Below are positions 6,801 to 15,517 of a DNA stretch of 32,824 nt, in pieces. The stretch is from a virus (taxonomy: Duplodnaviria > Caudoviricetes): positions 1 through 32,824 of the IMG/VR virus record IMGVR_UViG_3300023276_000579; one strand, 5' to 3'. Positions within the stretch are counted from its first letter, which is position 1. Each line of letters begins with the position of its first letter. The notes beneath the pieces are model-generated. The model was not told the origin of the DNA and did not search any database. It saw only the letters and a program-made list of their open reading frames with translations. The translations under genes and the position numbers were made by a program.

Positions 6801-9800
6801 TCTTCATTAATGCGTTCTTGGCGTCAACAGGTGCTAGGTTGTTCATAGCCCGAGATACGGTCATTGCTTGGCTTGCTACGCCTTGGTATGCGACCTTGTA
6901 CCCAATTCTATGCTGTATGTCAGCTTTCGGCAGGTCAGCAGTCAATAATTCACCAAGGTCTTTGGCAAACTTACGAGTTGCCGCTTGTGCAGTAAGAGAA
7001 GTATTAATGATAGTCCGGATATCACTCCGGCTACCAACGTCCGTCTGGACGGTTGCATGAGCCTCTGGGTCTATATCTGGAGAACCATGCACCCGAGAAC
7101 TAACCTCTGTAGCCGCCGCTTCCTCTATCAGCAGGTCTTCAATGCTTTCAAAGGTAATCTCACCGGGTAACGCTTGGAAAGAGACGAATGATTTGTCGTC
7201 AACAAGCCCCATCTCGATAAAGAAGTCACATACCGCATCGGCCATAATTGTCGAATAATCTGCAAACTGAGCAGATGTACCTTCGACTGGCAGAAACCTC
7301 TTAATTCGCTTTGCTCGGTCCTTCTTTGACTCTGCCTTCTTATTGAGTTCATTGCCGGCGAACGCAAACAGAGAGTGCATTGCCGCTGCCTCTATCTCTT
7401 GCATTGCGTTACGGCTGTTCTTCTTGAATAGTCCATTCTTGATAGCAGTGTAAACTCGGGTGATGTCGGCATCGATCTGACCACCACGGTTCGCTTCTGC
7501 CTGTATTGCCCAGTTAGGGCCAAGCATCTCTGTCATCTGGCGTATGATACGTCTATCCTTGCCAGGGTCAAGCATTTCTGACTTCCCGCTTACTGCAAGG
7601 TCTTTGTAGTCTATGTCAAGATCAGACGCGTCAAGGTCAAACTCCATGCTACCAACTCTAAGTATGTCCACATAGCCTTCAGGCCCGATCGTTGAACGAT
7701 TATCATATCCCAGCCCCATATCTATATAAGCCTGCTCTGTTAATGGAAGTATGACTCCCTCGTAGACCTGTTGGCTGTATTGTCCTTCAACCCCAAATGC
7801 AGTAGGACGGAGATTCTCTTCTGGCGATATACCCTTCAGGTCTTTAGCTGTTGCCGTACTGACACGCTTGCCAGTAAGCCTGATAGAGTCCGTAGAGCTT
7901 GCCATTGAGGTAGCATATGCACGAGAAGCCATGTCCTCGTCTACCGCAGTCACTACCTCTCTTTGGTCGATACCTCTAGTCGAGGTGGTCTCTTTGCTTT
8001 CCAATGACTTGTACTTATGAGCAAGAATCTGCTGTGGACTCCAATTATGAACTCTGCCCAATGCTTCTGAGATTGATTCAATCGCATTCTCTACTTCTGC
8101 TTGTGTCGGATTAGAACCAGACAGAAGGCTTAGTTCTTCCGAAAGCATGCCGAGGTCATTAAGATTCTGCTTATCACCTCTTTGCTGTGCTATATGCTTT
8201 GCTCGCTCTATATCAGAGACAAGCGGACCCATCCTTGCTAACATTGTTTCTACACTTCTGGTAGGCGTATTCACATCGCCTTGCATGAAAGCATAAGGCT
8301 TGCTCATTCCACCAGTAGTCTTACGCTTTGCACTCTCGATAGCCACTAATGCTTCGACGTTTGCACGTTCAAGTGCTTCAGCGGCCTCTCCGTTGAATTC
8401 TTGGTCGGCATCGATCTTTCGCTTAAGTTCGACAGTAAACTCGCTTGCTTTAGCTTCCTCAAATAATGAGAACTCTTCCGAATCTTCTTTTGGAGCTTTC
8501 TTTGTCCTGGCGTATGATTCCTGCATATACGCATTGAATTGCTTAACAAAGTCTTCGAAAGGTATCTGGCCAAGTTTGCCATCCCTGTAATACTTCAGGA
8601 GTCGCTTGAGTTTTGCTACGCCCGCCTTACGGGTCTGTCGAGCCTTGACGTTCTTATCGGCCATATACGTCTTCAGTAAGCCGGGCATCAGTTCTGCTGT
8701 TTGTTTAAGCTCAGTAAGTGCTTTCTTATGTTCATTGACAAACCGTTTCTCTGTTGCAGTTTTAGCAGTGTATACCGATTCATTATTGATCGCACGCTGA
8801 AGTCTGCCATCCATGAACTTCTGTAGTTCAGTACGTTCAAGGCTGTTAAGGTTGTTGTCTTTTGCGTACCTGTCAACGTATCCGTCCTTACGCTGTTCAA
8901 GCTTGTCGTAGTTTGCTTTGAAAGCTAATCTGGCAGTCTCGGATGCGATGGCTTGTTTCTTGCCGAGTTTTAGTTCAGGTGCTTGCTCGCTCTTCTTCCC
9001 GCCGATCTTTGGTCCCGCCTTGCTATCCGTAAATCTACTCAATGCCTGAGTTAGATATTTAAATGTCCTTGGAGCCTTCTCTCGTAACTTAGCAAGCCCA
9101 GTCCCGATCCCGCCAGACGGAAGGACTATGGGCATATTAGACGGAATCTTTTTAAGGGCTGCGTTTATCGCTTGGACATTAGAATCGTACTCGGCATCAC
9201 TAAAAAATGAACCCTGACTCATTGAAGGTTTCTTTTTAGTAGGAATGCCGTACGCGTTCGGTTCATCTCGTATAACAGCCTGCCCGCCTTTTCCGCGACC
9301 TTGAAGATTATCACCAAACAGGAATGCCGCGTTTGGCTTAGAGCGAAGCAATTTGGACGTATACTTTTGTTGCGTGACAACACCTCGCCCAGCTGTTATA
9401 GAGCCGTAGGGAGCAGGTGGAATTGCTTTCTGTTGAGAAACAGCAGTCATAGGAACCAACTCTTGGATATCCTGTTCGGTCAAGAACGGTTTTAGATATC
9501 GCATATCATTGGAAAGCTCTCTCGCTTCGTGCGACTCGATAATACTTGCTGCGATTGCGTAGTTGACATACTTAACCATTCGATCTGTAGCACCAACATC
9601 CCAATAGTTATCTTTCTGTCCGAAATCCACATACCGGTCTTTCCATCGAGACAGCAAATCTCTAGCCCATCCGCTACGAGGGTTATCGTCACCCTCCATA
9701 GCCCACCTTGCGAGAGTGTCACCAATATGCTTTCTTGCCGCTTCTCTTTGGTGCAGAGTCGTAGATGCTTCATATTCAGCGTTAAGTTTATCGGCAGATT

Positions 9801-12800
9801 CAAGATAGTCATACCCACGCTCGATGTCATCTTCCATTTCTCTTACAAAGTCATATTGTTCTATTTTGGGCATGGGCTGGTTGAGTTCAGTGCCTTTGCC
9901 GTTAAAGCCCCATAATTTATCGGAGCGTATTACGCGATCCTTAGCCGCTTGTTTGTCAGTGGCGGAAAATGATACGAGATCGAATTCCCACCACTTTGCA
10001 TCCTCTGCGGTGGCAGTTCCTTTTTTTATCCGTCGATAAGCATCTATGCCTTTTCTCTTAAGCCTTAGATTATGTGTCTCAGTTAAAGCTTTCCATTTTC
10101 GAACAGCCTCAGCAAACTGAGAGAATATGCCAATGCTGATTCCAGAATCGTATTCTTTTTTGTATTTCTGATGGATAGCTTTCAAACCGCCTGTTGAATA
10201 TGAGTCCCAATCGTCGATCGAGTCTATTTCGCTCTCAAAAGAAGGTATCTCTGATTTTGGAACATTCAATGTGTCAACTAAATACGCTACCATATCCTTA
10301 TACATATTCGATATTTCTTCAAGAGTAATATTCCTACGCATATGCTCTGGAGATTTGAATGGTAGGTTGTACTTATCTGTAAAGTCTCGTCCGAACGAAG
10401 ATGGCCTCTCGTATTGCACTCGCTGTACAGAAAACTCCCCTGCTGGTATTTTTATTGCATGACTATATGATATTCTACGCTCTCCTGAAAATTCATCTGA
10501 GGACGCCTCTTGCCCGTCCAATACTTCTTTTCCTTCCGAAGCAATTTCCCATCCTTTTTCTGAAAGTTCATAGAAATAGTAATCCGAGCCAGTCCTTTCG
10601 CCGTATTCCTGTGCCTGATTTAGATCGTCAGTGAATGATATCCCTGTTCCTTTACCGATAAAATTACTTTCGAACATGGTGTCTGTTGCCATCTTCAGAA
10701 CTAATTCGCCGTTTGCGTTTATTTTTGGAGCAAAGCTAGAAGCTCGGAATACACTTTTGTCGCCAAATGTAATTGTTGGCATACTCTGATTCAGCTCAGT
10801 GCCTTTACTGACAGAGTTAGCCACCCTATTAACAGCTTTCTTGCCGATACCCATAATACGGCCACCAGCAGACCTTGCTTTAGCCCCCACATCGCCTTCT
10901 CTAGCCGCCTGTACGCCAGCCTGAGCAACATCGGCAGTCTTCCGGCCAATACGTCCAATACGAGGTCCAATGTCCGTAGGAGAAGCCACGCCAAGATGTG
11001 ACGTCCTTACTTTACTTCCAGTACGAACAGAGGATATAACCTGATTCTCATAATGTCGTTTCTTGCTTGCTTCAGAAGCACTCTTGCCGCGAATAGCAAC
11101 GTCAAGACGGGCATAGATATCGCCGACCCTGCCACCCTGTCTAGCTGCTCTTGCTTCGATAGCTTCAGACGGAGCTTCAAGTTTATTGATACGAGCCTGT
11201 TTTGCTTGCTGTGTTCTCCACTCAGCTTCTTCGGGGTACATAGACCCTTCTTCAGAAACATCAAGTGCCACCTTGTCAGCGTCACGCTCTTTCCACGCCT
11301 GTATTTCCTCAAGAGAAAGGGTCGCTGCCTTATCGTAGAAATTAAGCAAAGCACCGCCAACTGCTTCAGGAGAATTCTGTATAATCACATGTGATGATTC
11401 ATGTGGCATAGTAGAACCTACATAATGGTTTAGAAGCACAACGTCCTTGCCAAGACCCTTCTTCTCGATCTTCGCCCACAATTCAGGGCTAACCTCGACA
11501 GTATCGGCATCGGTGCCAGAGCGATACTTAGACATGACTTGCTGCCCGGCTTCGTTGAGTAAGGGTCCATCTGCCTGCATTACAACTATCTTGCCGCCAA
11601 TCCCGTCACTCATTGTATAGGCCTTACCAGGAATCACTTCTTCGATTGACACATTCCTGCTGTTATCTATGAGCCACGCCTGCATAGGGTCTGCTAGCAA
11701 CGCACTGACCGAATTCGCTACTGCTCTTTCGTAAGCACTATCAAGGTTTGACTTTCTGGATCTTTTGCTAACATCTATCTCTACGTCCGACTGGCTATGA
11801 CCGTGGAAGACGTTATGGTCAAGCACGTTGACATCGCTTCCCCACCTTTTCTTCAACGCAGCCACCAGTGGGTCAGATGCGTTTGCGAATACATATCTGA
11901 TCTCTGGGTTAGCTTCAAGCATCTTCTCTATATTCTCGACTGCTTGACCTCTTTTGCTACCCGGCTTTTTAGCGAGTTGGACGAGCCTGAGCGTGTTCTT
12001 TTTCATTCCAGGTTCGGTCTTTTCGGCGTTGCTCCGTTCGATGACCGCATGTATAGCGAATGTGTCAGTTTCGTACTTGATCTGACCTTCTTCTGTAGCC
12101 TTGTATTTCTTGTCGATTTTCTTTTTCGGAGGATTCATCATCTCTAAATAAACTCGGCGAGCAATAAAGTCAAGTCCCTCTTCAGTTAGTCCTAAATCTG
12201 TTTCAAAATAATCTTCCATCTCTAAATTATCAATAATTGATTGCGTCTCAGCCTCAGTTTTCCCATTGAATGGTATAGCCTGACGTGTTTTTAAGTTATT
12301 CATCACTTTCTTTGTGGAGTGCCTTACATTATTCTTAATGGCCTCTATAGTCCTTGCAGTTTTCCATCGCCCTCTAAGGCTGCCACCGGCCCCTAATACC
12401 CCAAACGACCCTTCGAGTACTGCACCCGCAATAAAGGCGTCATTCATTTCCTGTAGAATCTTAGCTACATCGTAAGAACCATCGGCATTGAGAGGAAGAA
12501 TGCTGTTAAGATCTTCATGCTTGACTGCCAATTCCATCAGACCCAACTGCATTCCTTGCTGTATCCACTCTTCGACTCCCCCAGTAAGTGTTTCAGCAGT
12601 TGTATTTTTTGCAATATTCTTAATCAGTCCAAGTCGTGACGTATCCATGAATGCTTTAGCCATTGCATCCGACAGTTCTACCTGCGTCATCTTTCCGGCG
12701 GCAGTATGGCCTAATGCTTTTTTTATGCCTATTTTCCTTCCGCTACCTCCGAGATTCCTGAGCCTAGCTCGTCTTCCTCCTGCCTCGAATAGTTTTCCAA

Positions 12801-13752
12801 CCACAGGCGTTTTACTTAATACCTTCCCTGTAGCCATCTCGACTGCAGCAACCGACATCCCTATGGCTACCGCTGTTGTTTTAGCTGTTTCCTTGCTTAC
12901 TCCAGCACGACGCAAATCATAATAGGCCTCTGTCCCAGTGTACGAGGCGATAAACCCACCACTTAAAATAGGGCCTATTCCGGGAACAATAGCCGATGCA
13001 AGGGCAGATCCCATCGGTACGGCATTCTGGGCAGTAAGGTGTAAATACTTATCCATCGTACCTGTTGGCTCGTGATACGCGGCCTGTCTGGACGCTTCCT
13101 GCATAGCCATGCCATACTCTTCGCTTCTGCCTCTCGCTGCCTCTAGCGGTGCTCTTGCCATCTCAAAGCCTTGGTTGACCGAGTACATCACATCTTCAAA
13201 GGTATTGCCGGTGAGTTTGCCCTGCAGGTCATCGTACTGAGCGTCAAGAAGCTTACCGTATTCAGCTCTTGCATCGGATGCCGTAGCTCGCATCTTCTTC
13301 TCGCCTTGCCTGGCTGAGTAAACAGCAAACTCTTCTTTAGCTGCCAGTGTGTAGTCTTTTGACTCCCACATCCTCTTAAGGTTTTTATCGTAATCTTTGA
13401 GGTTGTTTGGCATGTACGACCGTGGAACTTTATTGATTGTTCCATGCTTTACGTCTTTGTACTGTCCAGCCCATTCTACGTTTTGGTCAACGGCACCTTG
13501 GTAAAACTTCCCTTGTTCGTATGGACGTTCATTTGCCTTTTTCCCCACAGAGATGTTATTTTCGCGTAACCGATTAATATTCAATTGGTGAGATAGTTCA
13601 GATTTCTCTTTTGCGGTTAGGCTAAATGTTGTTTTGGACTCAATAGGCGAACCGTCAGCTCTTGCTTTATTCAATTGAAGCTGAAGAGAAGCATTTCCGC
13701 TGGTTTTGATCTGCCGTCTACTTCTTGGTGACGGTATTGTAACTTGTGCCAT
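3871..13752 (-). CDS. Giant polyvalent internal-virion/DNA-ejection protein (3293 aa)
   Basis: Last gene of the virion operon, after three ejection-type genes. It has Gly/Ala-rich hydrophobic helices near the N-terminus, a HESSH zincin motif, ART-like and macrodomain-like segments, and a C-terminal DFGG...LG.S...QD..RLLLL.PDWT region typical of large podophage proteins. Confidence 0.85.
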   Translation of the reverse strand: MAQVTIPSPRSRRQIKTSGNASLQLQLNKARADGSPIESKTTFSLTAKEKSELSHQLNINRLRENNISVGKKANERPYEQGKFYQGAVDQNVEWAGQYKDVKHGTINKVPRSYMPNNLKDYDKNLKRMWESKDYTLAAKEEFAVYSARQGEKKMRATASDARAEYGKLLDAQYDDLQGKLTGNTFEDVMYSVNQGFEMARAPLEAARGRSEEYGMAMQEASRQAAYHEPTGTMDKYLHLTAQNAVPMGSALASAIVPGIGPILSGGFIASYTGTEAYYDLRRAGVSKETAKTTAVAIGMSVAAVEMATGKVLSKTPVVGKLFEAGGRRARLRNLGGSGRKIGIKKALGHTAAGKMTQVELSDAMAKAFMDTSRLGLIKNIAKNTTAETLTGGVEEWIQQGMQLGLMELAVKHEDLNSILPLNADGSYDVAKILQEMNDAFIAGAVLEGSFGVLGAGGSLRGRWKTARTIEAIKNNVRHSTKKVMNNLKTRQAIPFNGKTEAETQSIIDNLEMEDYFETDLGLTEEGLDFIARRVYLEMMNPPKKKIDKKYKATEEGQIKYETDTFAIHAVIERSNAEKTEPGMKKNTLRLVQLAKKPGSKRGQAVENIEKMLEANPEIRYVFANASDPLVAALKKRWGSDVNVLDHNVFHGHSQSDVEIDVSKRSRKSNLDSAYERAVANSVSALLADPMQAWLIDNSRNVSIEEVIPGKAYTMSDGIGGKIVVMQADGPLLNEAGQQVMSKYRSGTDADTVEVSPELWAKIEKKGLGKDVVLLNHYVGSTMPHESSHVIIQNSPEAVGGALLNFYDKAATLSLEEIQAWKERDADKVALDVSEEGSMYPEEAEWRTQQAKQARINKLEAPSEAIEARAARQGGRVGDIYARLDVAIRGKSASEASKKRHYENQVISSVRTGSKVRTSHLGVASPTDIGPRIGRIGRKTADVAQAGVQAAREGDVGAKARSAGGRIMGIGKKAVNRVANSVSKGTELNQSMPTITFGDKSVFRASSFAPKINANGELVLKMATDTMFESNFIGKGTGISFTDDLNQAQEYGERTGSDYYFYELSEKGWEIASEGKEVLDGQEASSDEFSGERRISYSHAIKIPAGEFSVQRVQYERPSSFGRDFTDKYNLPFKSPEHMRRNITLEEISNMYKDMVAYLVDTLNVPKSEIPSFESEIDSIDDWDSYSTGGLKAIHQKYKKEYDSGISIGIFSQFAEAVRKWKALTETHNLRLKRKGIDAYRRIKKGTATAEDAKWWEFDLVSFSATDKQAAKDRVIRSDKLWGFNGKGTELNQPMPKIEQYDFVREMEDDIERGYDYLESADKLNAEYEASTTLHQREAARKHIGDTLARWAMEGDDNPRSGWARDLLSRWKDRYVDFGQKDNYWDVGATDRMVKYVNYAIAASIIESHEARELSNDMRYLKPFLTEQDIQELVPMTAVSQQKAIPPAPYGSITAGRGVVTQQKYTSKLLRSKPNAAFLFGDNLQGRGKGGQAVIRDEPNAYGIPTKKKPSMSQGSFFSDAEYDSNVQAINAALKKIPSNMPIVLPSGGIGTGLAKLREKAPRTFKYLTQALSRFTDSKAGPKIGGKKSEQAPELKLGKKQAIASETARLAFKANYDKLEQRKDGYVDRYAKDNNLNSLERTELQKFMDGRLQRAINNESVYTAKTATEKRFVNEHKKALTELKQTAELMPGLLKTYMADKNVKARQTRKAGVAKLKRLLKYYRDGKLGQIPFEDFVKQFNAYMQESYARTKKAPKEDSEEFSLFEEAKASEFTVELKRKIDADQEFNGEAAEALERANVEALVAIESAKRKTTGGMSKPYAFMQGDVNTPTRSVETMLARMGPLVSDIERAKHIAQQRGDKQNLNDLGMLSEELSLLSGSNPTQAEVENAIESISEALGRVHNWSPQQILAHKYKSLESKETTSTRGIDQREVVTAVDEDMASRAYATSMASSTDSIRLTGKRVSTATAKDLKGISPEENLRPTAFGVEGQYSQQVYEGVILPLTEQAYIDMGLGYDNRSTIGPEGYVDILRVGSMEFDLDASDLDIDYKDLAVSGKSEMLDPGKDRRIIRQMTEMLGPNWAIQAEANRGGQIDADITRVYTAIKNGLFKKNSRNAMQEIEAAAMHSLFAFAGNELNKKAESKKDRAKRIKRFLPVEGTSAQFADYSTIMADAVCDFFIEMGLVDDKSFVSFQALPGEITFESIEDLLIEEAAATEVSSRVHGSPDIDPEAHATVQTDVGSRSDIRTIINTSLTAQAATRKFAKDLGELLTADLPKADIQHRIGYKVAYQGVASQAMTVSRAMNNLAPVDAKNALMKTAAASRQYTEMTIAELLDNTLNDFLGRTHGKEGAEAVAFENTLGVSSPEVKKLLDILSSGKRRTMANYRFMKEAMGTGDPARPGINKAAKQKTLHALFELQNLLQYGDKAGDEGDIDLLVKGIEQDADLEIVDEAIGRLQKRIDLNMSMKSVSGDEAAKIVAAALTHIDFADQLFGISGMRKLKALIESMKLEKSYLDIFGMKPEYKMRDIIRNVLSGKQDSKPRGVAGEYSRAMRFAADAMNSEKPAETIEAQRTAIQANIDRLTAMDKLTNDENYALAQYHNYLASMDKVAEIVNSEGEYGQKLNSWLKTDYKKMSDAFYDDVVSRSKFAGEKQYLYNAAVFVQKQTEETPEHLMSQITGRMLEKRYDNLVPHLAEGKVLKFDNFLVNALEAQNQSIEALSNQEMIHANLFDKFFTLKPQSGYSVLKPAGSKLYALKIVKDGKIVDRAKDFDSAKEISKKHQGSTIEGEYRDVYAPNEIADYFNKITATSPLRNNKFLMGLMSLNAKLKAIRINFGMFHRRGLLWSAIMAGELNADYKDQVGVMNKMKSRFDYGSRRQAGMDMMMEFSPEMMALNYYGMTLFQVQDIGKENLQNKTRIEKFIAGHKRGETTKIVGKGAKKFEAMTSRLQGELFGIFGSSLKTATAFNELVALQTNNRVQITIEKKASEREYLKTKDKKFIAKHVLANWEVFGQKGDVEFDDFYSAKEEEIYRVVAGLANADFGGMHMGRLGVSKGAQDVMRLLLLGPDWTYSNIISAVKAVPGLKPTGKIDGVGTNRAGTDLERKVYQAFWLRIIGRSLAITTAINLLMAGIDDDSIAERMRKAKGRGKFNILKADISPFIHLMGGDRETDHYLNTLGHFLDPAKIAFDPVRMAYHKSSTVAKPIADLISGTRYDHKRPTTFSKIGQEGLATWKSGKRGPLSHAELPSYATWQAIQLLPIQAKNVFELFGGEENVITGIMKTNLGLDVNRTYKR

Positions 13753-15506
13753 TAGAATTTTCTCCCAGGGCTAAATGCCCGTTGAGACTTAATTTTTGGA
13801 TCGCTGTAGACTTCTGGCACTTTTTCTGCCACTTTCTTTGTGGTACGGCCTATCACGCTGATAGTTTTGTCTACAGCCTTATTAAACTGTTGCTGTCCTG
13901 GAAGAGTCGCGTCTTCAGGACTGCCACCGGCACTGTAGAACCCTGGAGCACCTTGCCCAATGTTTTTATTGATAGTCCCTTCCGAGACTCGCTTGTCTTC
14001 TTCTTTTTGCATGGTTCTTAATGGCCACGCTGCAATACCCACTATTTTCGACGGCCAATTCCTGCCAGTTCTTCCAGCAGTCATTGCATCAAGTCCTGTT
14101 TTGATCTGATCTGAAAGGAATCGTCTCAAATAAGCCGAATTCTTCTTTTCTTCATCGCTTAGTTCTTCGCCGTCTGGTCCAATAGAAGCTTCAGCCCCAG
14201 CAAGTCTTACCATAGAGTCAAGCTCTTCTTCGTCAAAACCCTTCATCCAGTGAGCAACGACCCGGTCTAATGCACCAGGAACCATTCTTCCGTCTTTACT
14301 AACAAGACCGGCACTCTTTAGGTTCTGATACGTTTGTTCAGCACGATTGACGCCAGTTCGATCAACCTGTTCTTTGGTATACTTAAATCCAAATATATCT
14401 CGAAATGCATTATACTTTCCGCCTACTTTATTAAAAGCCAGCCTTATGACCTTGTCGTGCGTATTTCCATACCCTTGAGCGTCAAGGAACTTATATGCAG
14501 CCGCTTTATTCTCGTCGCTCATATCAGACTGCATTATTTGTTCATTAAAATTGTTGGCTATTATCCGATTGTACGAGTCAGGAAGCTTTCCAAATCTATC
14601 AGCTAACGACATTTGTTTCCATCCGGGGACATATGATTGCCCGAACTTTTCAACAGATTCCTCGAACGCTTCTTTCATTTGTCGTCCAACTTGGTCTGGG
14701 TATAGTTCTTTGCCGAACTTACCCAGTCTGGTGTTTAGGTCAGTTCCAACTTTCTCTCCTAATGCATCTGCATCATTGCCACTTGGCTTATCTGGTTTTG
14801 CGAAGTCGTCATCGACTTTCACATCGATCGGCCTGTCTTTGTCGATATAGCCATCTTTGGTTTCATAAAAAACGCCATTAAGCATTCCAACTATTTTATC
14901 TGACCCAGGAAGTTTGCCGTATTCGATATCTCCAGAAGAACTTCTGGATTGCTGGCCACCGATCTTGCGAAGATTAGGGCTGGTAGGTGCAACGTCGATA
15001 GGCGTAGATTGAGCAGCCTGAGTAGACGTTCCAGCATAATCTTCTTGAGCAAGCTTAAGAACACCTTCGCCAGTGAGGAAGGCGTTTGCACTCCTATCGA
15101 GGTATTCGCCAACTTTTTGAACGGAATCCGTATCTGCCCCGGAAGCGGTCTGTGATTGTCTTGCCTGCTGCGTCTGGGCAGGCTGTTTCCATCCAGTAAT
15201 GCGATCAAATGCAGTAAGCATGTTTTCATACTGCTTAATCTCAGGTCCTTTTCCGTAGCCAGTTTTTGCTTTCGCTATACTGCTAACGAGTCCTGAACGC
15301 ATTTGTATATGTGATAATTGCCTATCTTGTGCTGCATTGACTCGCTGGGTGGCCGTGTATGAGTCCTGTGCCTTCTGACGTTTCATCTGATGCTTAAACA
15401 TCATCAAATCAGCCTGCTTTGCAAGATTGTTATTATACGACCGCATAACACCGTTCATGAAAGCGGCACCGGTCTGGATTGGACTGTATGGATCATTGTA
15501 TCCCAT
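13752..15506 (-). CDS. Internal virion/ejection protein (584 aa)
   Basis: Operon position, TAATG coupling to the giant gene, and helical Gln/Ala/Lys-rich composition. Confidence 0.65.
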   Translation of the reverse strand: MGYNDPYSPIQTGAAFMNGVMRSYNNNLAKQADLMMFKHQMKRQKAQDSYTATQRVNAAQDRQLSHIQMRSGLVSSIAKAKTGYGKGPEIKQYENMLTAFDRITGWKQPAQTQQARQSQTASGADTDSVQKVGEYLDRSANAFLTGEGVLKLAQEDYAGTSTQAAQSTPIDVAPTSPNLRKIGGQQSRSSSGDIEYGKLPGSDKIVGMLNGVFYETKDGYIDKDRPIDVKVDDDFAKPDKPSGNDADALGEKVGTDLNTRLGKFGKELYPDQVGRQMKEAFEESVEKFGQSYVPGWKQMSLADRFGKLPDSYNRIIANNFNEQIMQSDMSDENKAAAYKFLDAQGYGNTHDKVIRLAFNKVGGKYNAFRDIFGFKYTKEQVDRTGVNRAEQTYQNLKSAGLVSKDGRMVPGALDRVVAHWMKGFDEEELDSMVRLAGAEASIGPDGEELSDEEKKNSAYLRRFLSDQIKTGLDAMTAGRTGRNWPSKIVGIAAWPLRTMQKEEDKRVSEGTINKNIGQGAPGFYSAGGSPEDATLPGQQQFNKAVDKTISVIGRTTKKVAEKVPEVYSDPKIKSQRAFSPGRKF

Positions 15507-15517
15507 AGTGTATCTCC

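Noticed and set aside
3871-13752. Virion RNA polymerase (N4- or crAss-type) as the identity of the giant protein
   Set aside because: The size is suggestive, but I found no DxDGD/DFDID-type or T7-like polymerase motifs by eye. A profile search would be needed to exclude it fully.
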